The translations under genes were made by a program, and so were the position numbers. DNA of 64,000 nucleotides, taken from NCBI GenBank assembly GCA_963611795.1, contig CAVDSZ010000007.1, forward strand, positions 21,014 through 85,013, in the 5' to 3' direction. Below the pieces are notes generated by a model, which saw nothing but the letters and a program-made list of their open reading frames with translations, was not told the DNA's origin and did not search any database. Positions 16,675-25,218 of this stretch are shown here, one piece after another. The stretch comes from Akkermansia muciniphila. GTDB lineage: Bacteria; Bacillota; Clostridia; Oscillospirales; CAG-272. The first letter of the stretch is position 1. Each line of letters starts with the position of its first letter.

Positions 16675-19121
16675 AACTGGCTTTTTCAACGGCACTCGTG
16701 CCGTCTCCGACGTTTTTCGCACTCTGTCATACCGCCGCCGAGTACGGCTATGAGGGCATAGAACTGCATAATCTCGATGCCGTCGCCGCCCTCCCGGACG
16801 GTCCCTTCGGCACGGACGCCGCGGGCGCGCGGCGCAAGTTGCGGAACAGGCGTCTTTCAGTCTCGGCGCTGACCTGCCCGACCCCGGCGGACGGGACGGA
16901 AGTCTCGCGGCGAGAGATTGAGCGCTACTCTCTCGCGGCGTCCGATGCGGGCATTCCCGCCGTCATCGTCACGGTGGCGGGAGGTGCCGATCCCGCCCGC
17001 ATCGCCGCCTCTCTGCGCCCGGTCGCGGAACAGGGAGATGCCCGGTGTGTAAGGCTCCTCTTTGAGACGACCGGCGACCTCGCAAACACCGAGCGCCTGC
17101 TCGCGATTCTGCACACCTTTCGCGCCGTCGGCGTCGGCGCCGCGTGGAATATCCGCGCGACGTACTTTGAGGGCGGAGAGAGTGCCGAGACAACAATCAC
17201 CACCCTCGGCGCCTATATCGCCTATGTCCGTATCGGTGACCGCCGCGCGGGCGGGGACGTGTTGCTCGGGGAGGGGGAACTCCCTACCAGGGACTTTCTC
17301 GACGCGCTCCGGTCGCTGAACTATGACGGCTATTGCGCCTTTGATACGGCGGATATCGCCGACCCCGACCTTCTGCTCACGCACAGTGCCGCTTTCCTGC
17401 GTGCCCGCCTCGGCGTGGAGAAAAAGCGCCGCCTGTTGTCGAACCGGGCGGGGACCGGCACGTTCCCGTGGAAGAAGTATGAGGTCATTGATAAGACCTT
17501 TTCGCAGGTGCTTGACGAGATGGCGGAGACCTACCCCGACCAGTACGCCTTCCGTTACCCGACTCTCGACTATACCCGCACTTACCGCGCGTTCCGCGAG
17601 GATGTTGACCGTATCGCCGCGTCGCTGATTGCCCTAGGGGTGAAGCCGGGGTACCACGTCGCCGTCTGGGCGACGAACGTCCCGCAGTGGTTCCTGACCT
17701 TCTGGGCGGCGGTCAAGATTGGCGCCGTCCTCGTCACCGTGAATACCGCGTATAAGATTCAGGAGGCGGAATATTTGCTCCGCCAGTCGGATACCCATAC
17801 GCTCGTGATGATTGAAAACTGTAAGGATTCCGATTACCGCGGCATTATGGCGGAGCTCTGCCCGGAGTTGAAAGACAAAGCGCCGGAGGCGCCGCTCTAC
17901 GCGGAGCGCCTGCCGTTTCTGCGCCACATCGTGACCGTCGGCTTTTCGATGCCCGGCGCGCTTCCCTGGGAGCGTTTCTCCGACCTTGGCGCGACCGTCC
18001 CGCCCGAAGAAGTGCGGCGCCTCGCCGCCGGGGTGCGCCCCGACGACGTCGCGAATATGCAATACACCTCCGGCACGACCGGTTTCCCGAAGGGCGTCAT
18101 GCTGACGCATCGGAATATTGTCAATAACGGGAAGATTATTGGCGATCGTATGGACCTCTCCACCGCCGACCGCATGATGGTGCAGGTGCCGATGTTCCAT
18201 TGCTTCGGCATGGTGCTGACGATGACGTCCGTGATGACCCACGGCGGCACGCTCTGCCCGCTCCCGTACTTCTCGCCGAAGTCGTCACTCGCCTGTATCA
18301 CCGCGGAGCGCATCACGTGCTTCAACGGCGTGCCCACCATGTTCATCGCCATGTTCGCGCATGAAGATTTCGCGGGGACGGACTTTTCTCATGTCCGCAC
18401 CGGCATCATGGCGGGGGCGAACTGCCCGGCAGAGCTTATGCGCCGCGCCGCCCGTGAGATGCACATGACGGAGATTGTCAGCGTGTTCGGGCAGACGGAG
18501 GCATCGCCCGGCTGCACCATGGGTGAGGTCGGGGAGGATCTCGACCACCGCGTCGAGACGGTGGGCACCGCTTTCCCCGGGGTGGAGTGCAAAATCATCG
18601 ACCCCGAGACGGGGGAGGATTTGCCCGACGGGGAGAACGGCGAGTTTGTCGCCCGTGGCTTCAATATGATGAAAGGCTACTACAAAATGCCCCGCGCGAC
18701 GGCGGCGACCATTGACCGCGAGGGCTGGCTCCATACGGGCGATATCTGCTGCCGCACGCCGGAGGGGTACTTCCGCGTGACGGGGCGACTCAAGGACATG
18801 ATTATCCGCGGCGGGGAGAACCTCTACCCGCGCGAGATTGAGGAATTCTACCTCACGCACCCCAAGGTCAAGGACGCGCAGGTCGTCGGCGTGCCGGATG
18901 CGCGCTACGGCGAGGAAGCCTGTGCGTGGATTGTCCTGCATGACGGTGAGAGCGCGACGGAGGAGGAGATGCGCGACTTCGGGCGCGCACATATCGCGAG
19001 CCATAAGGTGCCGCGCTATTTCGTGTTCGTTCGTGCTTTTCCCATGAACGCAGCAGGGAAGATTCTGAAATACAAAATGCGCGAGACTATGATTGAGCGC
19101 CTCGGGCTCGCCGATTGCTGA
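16671..19121 (+). CDS. Fusion protein: xylose-isomerase-like TIM barrel (sugar-phosphate isomerase/epimerase, AP_endonuc_2 fold) + AMP-forming acyl-CoA ligase (FadD/YngI-like)
   Basis: The first ~250 aa show the TIM-barrel pattern (YGYEGIELHN...). The remainder carries the AMP-binding motifs MQYTSGTTGFPKGVMLTHRNI, GWLHTGD and PMNAAGKILK. Its ATG overlaps the upstream stop (ATGA at 16671-16674). Confidence 0.75.
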   Translation: MKLAFSTALVPSPTFFALCHTAAEYGYEGIELHNLDAVAALPDGPFGTDAAGARRKLRNRRLSVSALTCPTPADGTEVSRREIERYSLAASDAGIPAVIVTVAGGADPARIAASLRPVAEQGDARCVRLLFETTGDLANTERLLAILHTFRAVGVGAAWNIRATYFEGGESAETTITTLGAYIAYVRIGDRRAGGDVLLGEGELPTRDFLDALRSLNYDGYCAFDTADIADPDLLLTHSAAFLRARLGVEKKRRLLSNRAGTGTFPWKKYEVIDKTFSQVLDEMAETYPDQYAFRYPTLDYTRTYRAFREDVDRIAASLIALGVKPGYHVAVWATNVPQWFLTFWAAVKIGAVLVTVNTAYKIQEAEYLLRQSDTHTLVMIENCKDSDYRGIMAELCPELKDKAPEAPLYAERLPFLRHIVTVGFSMPGALPWERFSDLGATVPPEEVRRLAAGVRPDDVANMQYTSGTTGFPKGVMLTHRNIVNNGKIIGDRMDLSTADRMMVQVPMFHCFGMVLTMTSVMTHGGTLCPLPYFSPKSSLACITAERITCFNGVPTMFIAMFAHEDFAGTDFSHVRTGIMAGANCPAELMRRAAREMHMTEIVSVFGQTEASPGCTMGEVGEDLDHRVETVGTAFPGVECKIIDPETGEDLPDGENGEFVARGFNMMKGYYKMPRATAATIDREGWLHTGDICCRTPEGYFRVTGRLKDMIIRGGENLYPREIEEFYLTHPKVKDAQVVGVPDARYGEEACAWIVLHDGESATEEEMRDFGRAHIASHKVPRYFVFVRAFPMNAAGKILKYKMRETMIERLGLADC

Positions 19122-19167
19122 GGCAACCGGGAAAAGTGATTGTAAATACCAAATAAGGAAGTAATTC

Positions 19168-19977
19168 GTGAGAGAGATTATTGACGCGCATTGTCATATC
19201 TACCCCGACAAGATTGCCGAAAAGGCGGCGAGGGCAATCGGGGCGTTCTACCGTATCCCGATGCGTTACGACGGACGTATGGAGACCATGCTCCGGGAGG
19301 GCTCGGCGGCAGGAATCGGTCGCTATCTTGTTTTTTCCGTCGCCACCAAGCCGACGCAGACCGTTTCAATCAACGACTATATCGTCGAGACCGTTGCCCG
19401 CCATGAGGGGCAGATGCTGGGGCTCGGCACCATTCACCCGGATAACACCGACCCGGGCGCCCACGTCGAGTATATGCTCGCACACGGGCTCCGCGGAGTG
19501 AAGCTCCACCCGGATATTCAGGAGGCCGCGCTCGACGATCCGCGCTGTATGCGTATTTTCGAGGCGTGTGAGGGCAGGCTCCCCGTGCTCCTCCACACGG
19601 GCGACCGCCGCTTCGACTATTCCAACCCGAACAGGCTCTGCCCGGTGTTGGAGCGTTTCCCGCGCCTGACGGTCATCGGGGCGCATTTCGGCGGTTATTC
19701 CGTCTGGCAGAGCGCGACCGAGATGCTCGCCGGGCATGAGAACCTCTATGTCGATTGCTCGTCCTCTCTCTTTGCCATGTCTCCCGAGGAGGGCAGACGC
19801 ATTGTGCGTGCCTGGGGGGCGGATCGCGTGCTGTTCGGCACCGATTATCCCATGTGGAACCCGACGGAGGAGGTCGCCCGCGTGGAAGCGCTCGGACTCA
19901 CAGAGGAGGAGAACGAACAGGTGTTCCACAAAAATGCCGAAAAACTTTTCGGTTTTGAGAGTCATCTTGGGGCTTGA
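19168..19977 (+). CDS. Amidohydrolase_2-type (ACMSD/LigI-like) metal-dependent TIM-barrel hydrolase/decarboxylase family protein
   Basis: IIDAHCHIYPD (HxH metal motif), ...GVKLHPD..., ...LLHTGD..., ...FGTDYPMW. GTG start follows AAGGAAG. Confidence 0.7.
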   Translation: MREIIDAHCHIYPDKIAEKAARAIGAFYRIPMRYDGRMETMLREGSAAGIGRYLVFSVATKPTQTVSINDYIVETVARHEGQMLGLGTIHPDNTDPGAHVEYMLAHGLRGVKLHPDIQEAALDDPRCMRIFEACEGRLPVLLHTGDRRFDYSNPNRLCPVLERFPRLTVIGAHFGGYSVWQSATEMLAGHENLYVDCSSSLFAMSPEEGRRIVRAWGADRVLFGTDYPMWNPTEEVARVEALGLTEEENEQVFHKNAEKLFGFESHLGA

Positions 19978-20003
19978 CAGCCCCCTGGGCGGTATGCTAT
20001 ACT
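19974..20003 (+). promoter_or_regulatory. Promoter of the Ile T-box unit
   Basis: TTGACA (19974-19979, containing the upstream stop TGA at 19975-19977), 18 nt spacer, TATACT (19998-20003). Confidence 0.65.
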
Positions 20004-20009
20004 CTTGTC

Positions 20010-20279
20010 ATCCGAAAAGACTGTGACGAAGACGGAAGTATCGTTTAATCCCAGAGAGCCGGCGGGCGGTGTGAGCCGGTGTGAGGACGGTACGTGTTCC
20101 TATCCCTTCCGAGTCGGAGTCCCCAAAGCGTGTTTTGCCGGTAGGGGTTCCCGTGACGCCGCGTGAGTGCAAAGGGCTTGTTTGAGCCTGAGGGCACGGC
20201 TTTTGCCGTGAATTTGAGTGGTACCGCGGGTCTATCAGACTCGTCTCAAAGCATTTTTGAGATGGGTCTTTTTGTTTTC
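20010..20279 (+). promoter_or_regulatory. T-box leader, apparent Ile specifier AUC
   Basis: AGAGAG and GGUGUGA stem-I motifs are present. The specifier bulge is CCU-AUC-C (AUC at 20102-20104), aligned with the CCU-AUG-G bulge of the Met leader. T-box motif AAUUUGAGUGGUACCGCGG is at 20211-20229. Terminator plus U-run is at 20237-20279. The C after the codon is atypical, since a purine is expected there. Confidence 0.8.
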
Positions 20280-20306
20280 TCGGAAAGACCCGGGAAAGGA
20301 CAAAAC

Positions 20307-22568
20307 ATGAACGAATCCACAATGCTCCGTATCGGGGAGATCGCGACGCGTATCCGCGGGATGCGGGAGATTCTCGGCTGGTCGGAGGCGGACATGGCGG
20401 AGAAGACGGGGCTCACCACGGAGGAATACGCCGCCTATGAGGGCGGCGGGGTCGATCTGCCGTTCACCTTCATTCATAACTGCGCGCTCGCGTTCGGAAT
20501 GGAACTCACGGAACTGCTGGAAGGGCGGGAGCCGAATTTGTCCTCCTATACCGTGACGCGCCGCGGAGAGGGAGAGGATACCGCCCGCGAGGCAGGAATC
20601 TTAATCCGCAATCTCGCGCCCCGCTTCCGCTCCAAGATTGCGGAGCCCTATTGGGTGCGGTATGAGTATGACGAGAAGCTCCAACATCAGCCGATCCACC
20701 TGACGCGCCACTCGGGGCAGGAGTTCGACCTGATTCTGCGCGGGCACCTGAAAGTGCAGGTCGGCGACCACATCGAGTTGCTCCGCGAGGGCGACAGCAT
20801 TTATTATGACAGCGCCACGCCCCACGGCATGATTGCCGTCGACGGGGAGGACTGCGTGTTCTGCGCCGTTGTCCTACCGGGGGCGGAGCATACCGCCGCG
20901 GCGGCACCCGCCGCGGTCGCCGTCCCCGATACGGGAGATCTTGTTGTCGATCGTTTTGTACAGACAGAGACGGACGGGAGCGGCGCGCTCACAGGCGTTT
21001 CTTTCAGAAATACGGAACACTTTAATTTTGGCTTTGACATCATCGACGCCATCGCCGCGAAATGCCCGGAGAAACTCGCGCTCCTGCACCTCGACGCGGA
21101 CAAAAACGAGCGTCGCTTCACCTATCGCGACCTGAAAACGGCGTCGAATCGGTGCGTCAACTACTTCCGTTCGCTCGGTATCGGGCGCGGGGATAAGGTC
21201 ATGCTGGTGCTGAAACGGCATTGCCAGTTCTGGTTCGCGATGATTGCGCTCCATAAGCTCGGCGCCGTCGCAATCCCCGCCACGTCGCAACTGAAAGAAC
21301 ATGATTTCACCTACCGCTTCGACGCCGCGGGTGTGGACGCCATTCTCGCGACGGCGGACGACGGCGTACCGGCTTGCGTGGACAGCGCCGCCGCGTCTTG
21401 CCCGACGCTGAGGACCAAGATTCTCGTCGGCGGCGCGCGCCCGGGCTGGCACGATTTCGACAGCGAATATACGCTCTATTCGGGGCACTACGACCGCCCC
21501 GAGGACGCCCCCGGCGGGGAGGAGACGGCACTCATGTTCTTCACCTCCGGCACGACGGGGAACTCCAAAATGGCGGCGCATAAACACACCTATGCTCTCG
21601 GGCACTTCGTGACGGCGAAATACTGGCATTGCTGCGAGCGCGACGGGCTCCATTTCACCATTTCCGACACCGGTTGGGGTAAGTCGCTCTGGGGGAAGTT
21701 CTACGGGCAGTTCATGTGCGAGGGCGCGGTCTTTGTCTACGATTTCCGCCGCTTCTCGGCGCCCGACCTCCTGCCGCTCTTTGCGAAGTACGGCATCACG
21801 ACCTTCTGCGCGCCGCCGACCATGCTGCGCCTGATGATTAAAGAGGATCTTTCCTCCTACGACCTCTCGTCCGTTCGACATATGACGACGGCGGGCGAGG
21901 CGCTTAACCCCGAGGTGCACAGACAGTTTTTCCTCTCGACGGGGCTCTCAATCATGGAGGGCTTCGGGCAGACCGAGACGACGCTCACGATTGCCAACCT
22001 TGCGGGGACGACTCCGAAGATTGGTTCCATGGGCAAGGCGTCTCCGCAGTATAAAATTGACCTCTTGGATGCGGACGGGAACCCCGTCGGCGTCGGTGAG
22101 GTCGGAGAGATTTGTATCGACGTTTCGGGGGGCGTCCCCGTCGGACTTTTCGAGGGCTACTACCGCGACCCCGAGCGCACACGTGAGGTATGGCATGACG
22201 GCTATTACCATACGGGCGACACCGCCTGGCGCGACGAGGACGGCTATTTCTTCTATGTCAGCCGCGTGGACGATGTAATCAAATCCTCCGGTTATCGAAT
22301 CGGACCGTTCGAGATTGAGAGTGTCATTATGGAACTGCCGTACGTCCTTGAGTGCGGCGTCTCTGCGGCGCCCGACGAGGTGCGCGGGCAGGTTGTGAAA
22401 GCCAGCATCGTGCTGACGCGCGGCACCGAGCCGACCGAGGCGTTGAAAAAAGAAATTCAGGACTATGTCAAGACGCATACCGCGCCGTATAAATACCCTC
22501 GTATTGTGGTTTTCCGAGAGGAGCTCCCCAAGACCGTGAGCGGTAAGATTCGACGCAATCTTTTGTGA
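20307..22568 (+). CDS. Fusion protein: XRE-family HTH + cupin domain + AMP-forming (medium-chain ACSM-like) acyl-CoA synthetase, paralogue 1
   Basis: HTH_3: IRGMREILGWSEADMAEKTGLTTEEYAAYEGG. Cupin: HSGQEFDLILRGHLKVQVGD...GDSIYYDSATPHGM. AMP-binding: MFFTSGTTGNSKMAAH, YHTGDTAWRDEDGYFFYVSRVDDVIKSSGYRIGPFEIE, PKTVSGKIRR. The ATG at 20307 is the first after the T-box terminator. Confidence 0.8.
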   Translation: MNESTMLRIGEIATRIRGMREILGWSEADMAEKTGLTTEEYAAYEGGGVDLPFTFIHNCALAFGMELTELLEGREPNLSSYTVTRRGEGEDTAREAGILIRNLAPRFRSKIAEPYWVRYEYDEKLQHQPIHLTRHSGQEFDLILRGHLKVQVGDHIELLREGDSIYYDSATPHGMIAVDGEDCVFCAVVLPGAEHTAAAAPAAVAVPDTGDLVVDRFVQTETDGSGALTGVSFRNTEHFNFGFDIIDAIAAKCPEKLALLHLDADKNERRFTYRDLKTASNRCVNYFRSLGIGRGDKVMLVLKRHCQFWFAMIALHKLGAVAIPATSQLKEHDFTYRFDAAGVDAILATADDGVPACVDSAAASCPTLRTKILVGGARPGWHDFDSEYTLYSGHYDRPEDAPGGEETALMFFTSGTTGNSKMAAHKHTYALGHFVTAKYWHCCERDGLHFTISDTGWGKSLWGKFYGQFMCEGAVFVYDFRRFSAPDLLPLFAKYGITTFCAPPTMLRLMIKEDLSSYDLSSVRHMTTAGEALNPEVHRQFFLSTGLSIMEGFGQTETTLTIANLAGTTPKIGSMGKASPQYKIDLLDADGNPVGVGEVGEICIDVSGGVPVGLFEGYYRDPERTREVWHDGYYHTGDTAWRDEDGYFFYVSRVDDVIKSSGYRIGPFEIESVIMELPYVLECGVSAAPDEVRGQVVKASIVLTRGTEPTEALKKEIQDYVKTHTAPYKYPRIVVFREELPKTVSGKIRRNLL

Positions 22569-22576
22569 AAAAACAG

Positions 22577-22605
22577 TTGACAGCAGATACAAAGTGTGAT
22601 ATAGT
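22577..22605 (+). promoter_or_regulatory. Promoter of the Val T-box operon
   Basis: TTGACA (22577-22582), 17 nt spacer, TATAGT (22600-22605). It begins 9 nt after the upstream stop. Confidence 0.7.
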
Positions 22606-22611
22606 GTACTA

Positions 22612-22889
22612 AATCACCCAAAGGCGTTGAAGAAAAGGGCGCGTAGCAGGTTCCCTCTCAGAGACATGGCGGTTGGTGCGAGCCATGAGGGGCGGATACG
22701 TGTTTGTAGTTTCCGAGCCGGGAGGAAGAAAGGGATTTCCGAGTAGACCCTCCCCGTCATTGCCGCGTCAGAGCATAGAGTTTGCTAGAACTCGATAAGG
22801 GCACGACGGAACGTCGTGAATTTGAGTGGTACCGCGGGTCTTTTTCGGCTCGTCTCAAAGTCATACTTTGAGGCGGGCCTTTCTGTTTT
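22612..22889 (+). promoter_or_regulatory. T-box leader, apparent Val specifier GUA
   Basis: The lower helix pairs GGC...GAAA with UUUC-CGA-GCC. AGAGA and GGUGCGA motifs are present. The specifier bulge is UUU-GUA-G (GUA at 22706-22708). T-box motif AAUUUGAGUGGUACCGCGG is at 22819-22837. Terminator plus U-run is at 22847-22889. Confidence 0.85.
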
Positions 22890-22906
22890 CCCGCCGGGGA
22901 GGGATT

Positions 22907-25207
22907 ATGCAGACCAAAACCAAAACAGGACTGGAAGAGAAGATTCGCGAGATGGCGGGGCGTATCCGCGCCCTGCGGGAAATCGTCGGGTTTTCCACCG
23001 CCGAAATGGCGGAGAAGACGGACGTCGAGGAGGCGGAATACATCGCCTGCGAGGCGGGGCGGCAGGATTTGAACTTCGCGTTCCTTTATCGTTGTGCACA
23101 GGCGCTCGGCGTCGACGTCACGGATATTATCGAGGGGACGGGACCCCGCCTTTCCTCCTACACGGTCACGCGCCGCGGGGAGGGGCAGAAGATTGAACAG
23201 GCGCACGGCATGATTTATTACAATCTTGCCGCCGCTTTCAAGAACCGCATTGCCGAACCGCTGTTTGTCTGCTCGGTCTATTCCGAGGAGGCGCAGCACC
23301 GAGACATTGAACTCACGACACACATCGGGCAGGAGTGTGACATCATCGTCAGCGGCACGCTCAAAGTGCAGGTCGGTGAACACGTCGAGATTCTCCGCGC
23401 AGGCGACAGTATCTATTATGACAGCGCGACGCCCCACGGTATGATTGCGACCGAGGGGGCAGATTGTCTCTTCTATGCGATTGTCCTGAACCCGGCAGGA
23501 GAGCCGATTGCCAACCTGACGCACAGCGGTGTGCGCGAGTTTACCACCCTGCCGCCGAAGTTCCCCCCCAGCCGCAAGTGGGTGTGGGAGGACTATATCG
23601 ACGTCCGAGAGGGAGAGAACGGCGCGCTCGAGTCTCTCTCGTTTAAAAACACCGATACGTTCCATTTCGCCTTTGATATCGTGGACAGGATTGGACGGGA
23701 GCAGCCGGGGAAACTCGCGATGCTTCACCTCGACCGCGAGCACACGGAGCGCCGCTTCACGTTCGCCGACCTCTCCCGTGCTTCCAACCGCGCGGCGAAC
23801 TATTTCCGCTCTCTCGGCATCGGGCGCGGCGACCGCGTCCTGCTCCTGCTCAAGCGGCATTACCAGTTTTGGATTGCCCTGCTCGGGCTGATGAAGATCG
23901 GCGCCGTCTCCATTCCGGCGCCTTGCCAGCTCCGCGCGCATGATATCTCCTACCGCCTCGGCGCGGCGGGTATCTCCGCCGTCGTTGCTACGGCGGATGG
24001 CGATATTGCCACCGAGGTGGACGCCTCCACGGCGGAGGCGGGCGTGCCGCTGACCCGTATCCTCGTCGACGGCAAGCGCGAAGGCTGGCGCGACTTCGAC
24101 GGGGAGTACCCGCTCTTTACCGGGAAGTTCGAGCGCCCGGCGGACGCCCCGACGGGAGACAGTCTGATGCTCATGTATTTCACCTCCGGCACGTCGGGAA
24201 ACCCGAAGATTGCCGCGCATGATTACCGTTATCCCCTCGGGCATTTCCATACCGCGAAGTATTGGCACTGTGTGAACCCGGACGGTTTGCACCTCACCGT
24301 CGCCGACACCGGCTGGGCAAAAGCGGCGTGGGGGAAGATTTTCGGACAATGGCTATGTGAAGCACCCATTTTCGTCTATGATTTCGACAGATTCGACGCG
24401 GCGGATATCCTGCCGATGTTTGCCAAATATCATATCACCACCTTCTGTGCCCCGCCGACAATCCTCCGCATGATGGTCAAGGAGGATATCTCTCGCTACG
24501 ACCTTTCGTCCGTCGAGCATATGACGACGGCGGGTGAGGCACTCAATCCCGAGGTGTTTCGTCTCTTTGAGGCGGCGACCGGACTACAGATTATGGAGGG
24601 CTTCGGGCAGAGCGAGACGACCTGCGTGATTGCGAACCTCGTCGGCACCCGCGCCCGCCTCGGCTCGATGGGGAAGCCGGTACCGCTCTACCGCGTTGCA
24701 TTGCTCGACGGGGAGGGCAGACCCGTACCGGACGGCGAGGTCGGAGAAATCTGTATCGACGTCTCGGGGGGCGCGCCCTGCGGGCTGTTCCGCGGCTACT
24801 ACCGTGACGACGAAAAAACGGTGGAGTGCTGGCACGACGGTTACTACCATACGGGCGATACCGCATGGCGTGACGAGGACGGCTATTACTGGTATGTCGG
24901 GCGCACCGACGACCTCATCAAGTCCTCCGGCTACCGCATCGGACCCTTTGAGATCGAGAACGTCCTCATGGAACTGCCGTACATTCTCGAATGCGGCGTT
25001 TCCGCCGCGCCCGACCCGGTGCGCGGACAGGTGGTGAAAGCCAGCATCGTCCTCACCCGCGGCACCGCCCCGACGGAGGAACTCAAAAAAGAAATCCAGA
25101 ATTACGTCAAGGAACGTACCGCCCCCTATAAATACCCCCGTATCGTCGTGTTCCGGGAGGAACTCCCCAAGACGACGAGCGGTAAGATTCGGAGAAATCA
25201 ACTGTAA
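22907..25207 (+). CDS. Fusion protein: XRE-family HTH + cupin domain + AMP-forming acyl-CoA synthetase, paralogue 2
   Basis: Same three-module architecture as 20307-22568, and by eye roughly two-thirds identical to it. ATG 22907 follows GGGGAGGG. The track start at 22826 reads through the T-box terminator. Confidence 0.8.
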   Translation: MQTKTKTGLEEKIREMAGRIRALREIVGFSTAEMAEKTDVEEAEYIACEAGRQDLNFAFLYRCAQALGVDVTDIIEGTGPRLSSYTVTRRGEGQKIEQAHGMIYYNLAAAFKNRIAEPLFVCSVYSEEAQHRDIELTTHIGQECDIIVSGTLKVQVGEHVEILRAGDSIYYDSATPHGMIATEGADCLFYAIVLNPAGEPIANLTHSGVREFTTLPPKFPPSRKWVWEDYIDVREGENGALESLSFKNTDTFHFAFDIVDRIGREQPGKLAMLHLDREHTERRFTFADLSRASNRAANYFRSLGIGRGDRVLLLLKRHYQFWIALLGLMKIGAVSIPAPCQLRAHDISYRLGAAGISAVVATADGDIATEVDASTAEAGVPLTRILVDGKREGWRDFDGEYPLFTGKFERPADAPTGDSLMLMYFTSGTSGNPKIAAHDYRYPLGHFHTAKYWHCVNPDGLHLTVADTGWAKAAWGKIFGQWLCEAPIFVYDFDRFDAADILPMFAKYHITTFCAPPTILRMMVKEDISRYDLSSVEHMTTAGEALNPEVFRLFEAATGLQIMEGFGQSETTCVIANLVGTRARLGSMGKPVPLYRVALLDGEGRPVPDGEVGEICIDVSGGAPCGLFRGYYRDDEKTVECWHDGYYHTGDTAWRDEDGYYWYVGRTDDLIKSSGYRIGPFEIENVLMELPYILECGVSAAPDPVRGQVVKASIVLTRGTAPTEELKKEIQNYVKERTAPYKYPRIVVFREELPKTTSGKIRRNQL

Positions 25208-25218
25208 GGAGAGATACC

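Noticed and set aside
22757-24349. 530-aa minus-strand ORF (also 20874-21920, 21948-22592, 24584-25249, 25222-26277, 26552-28084, 27916-28800)
   Set aside because: All are antisense to strongly supported acyl-CoA ligase, ilvE or OFOR genes. They are low-complexity and R/G/H-rich, with no family signatures.
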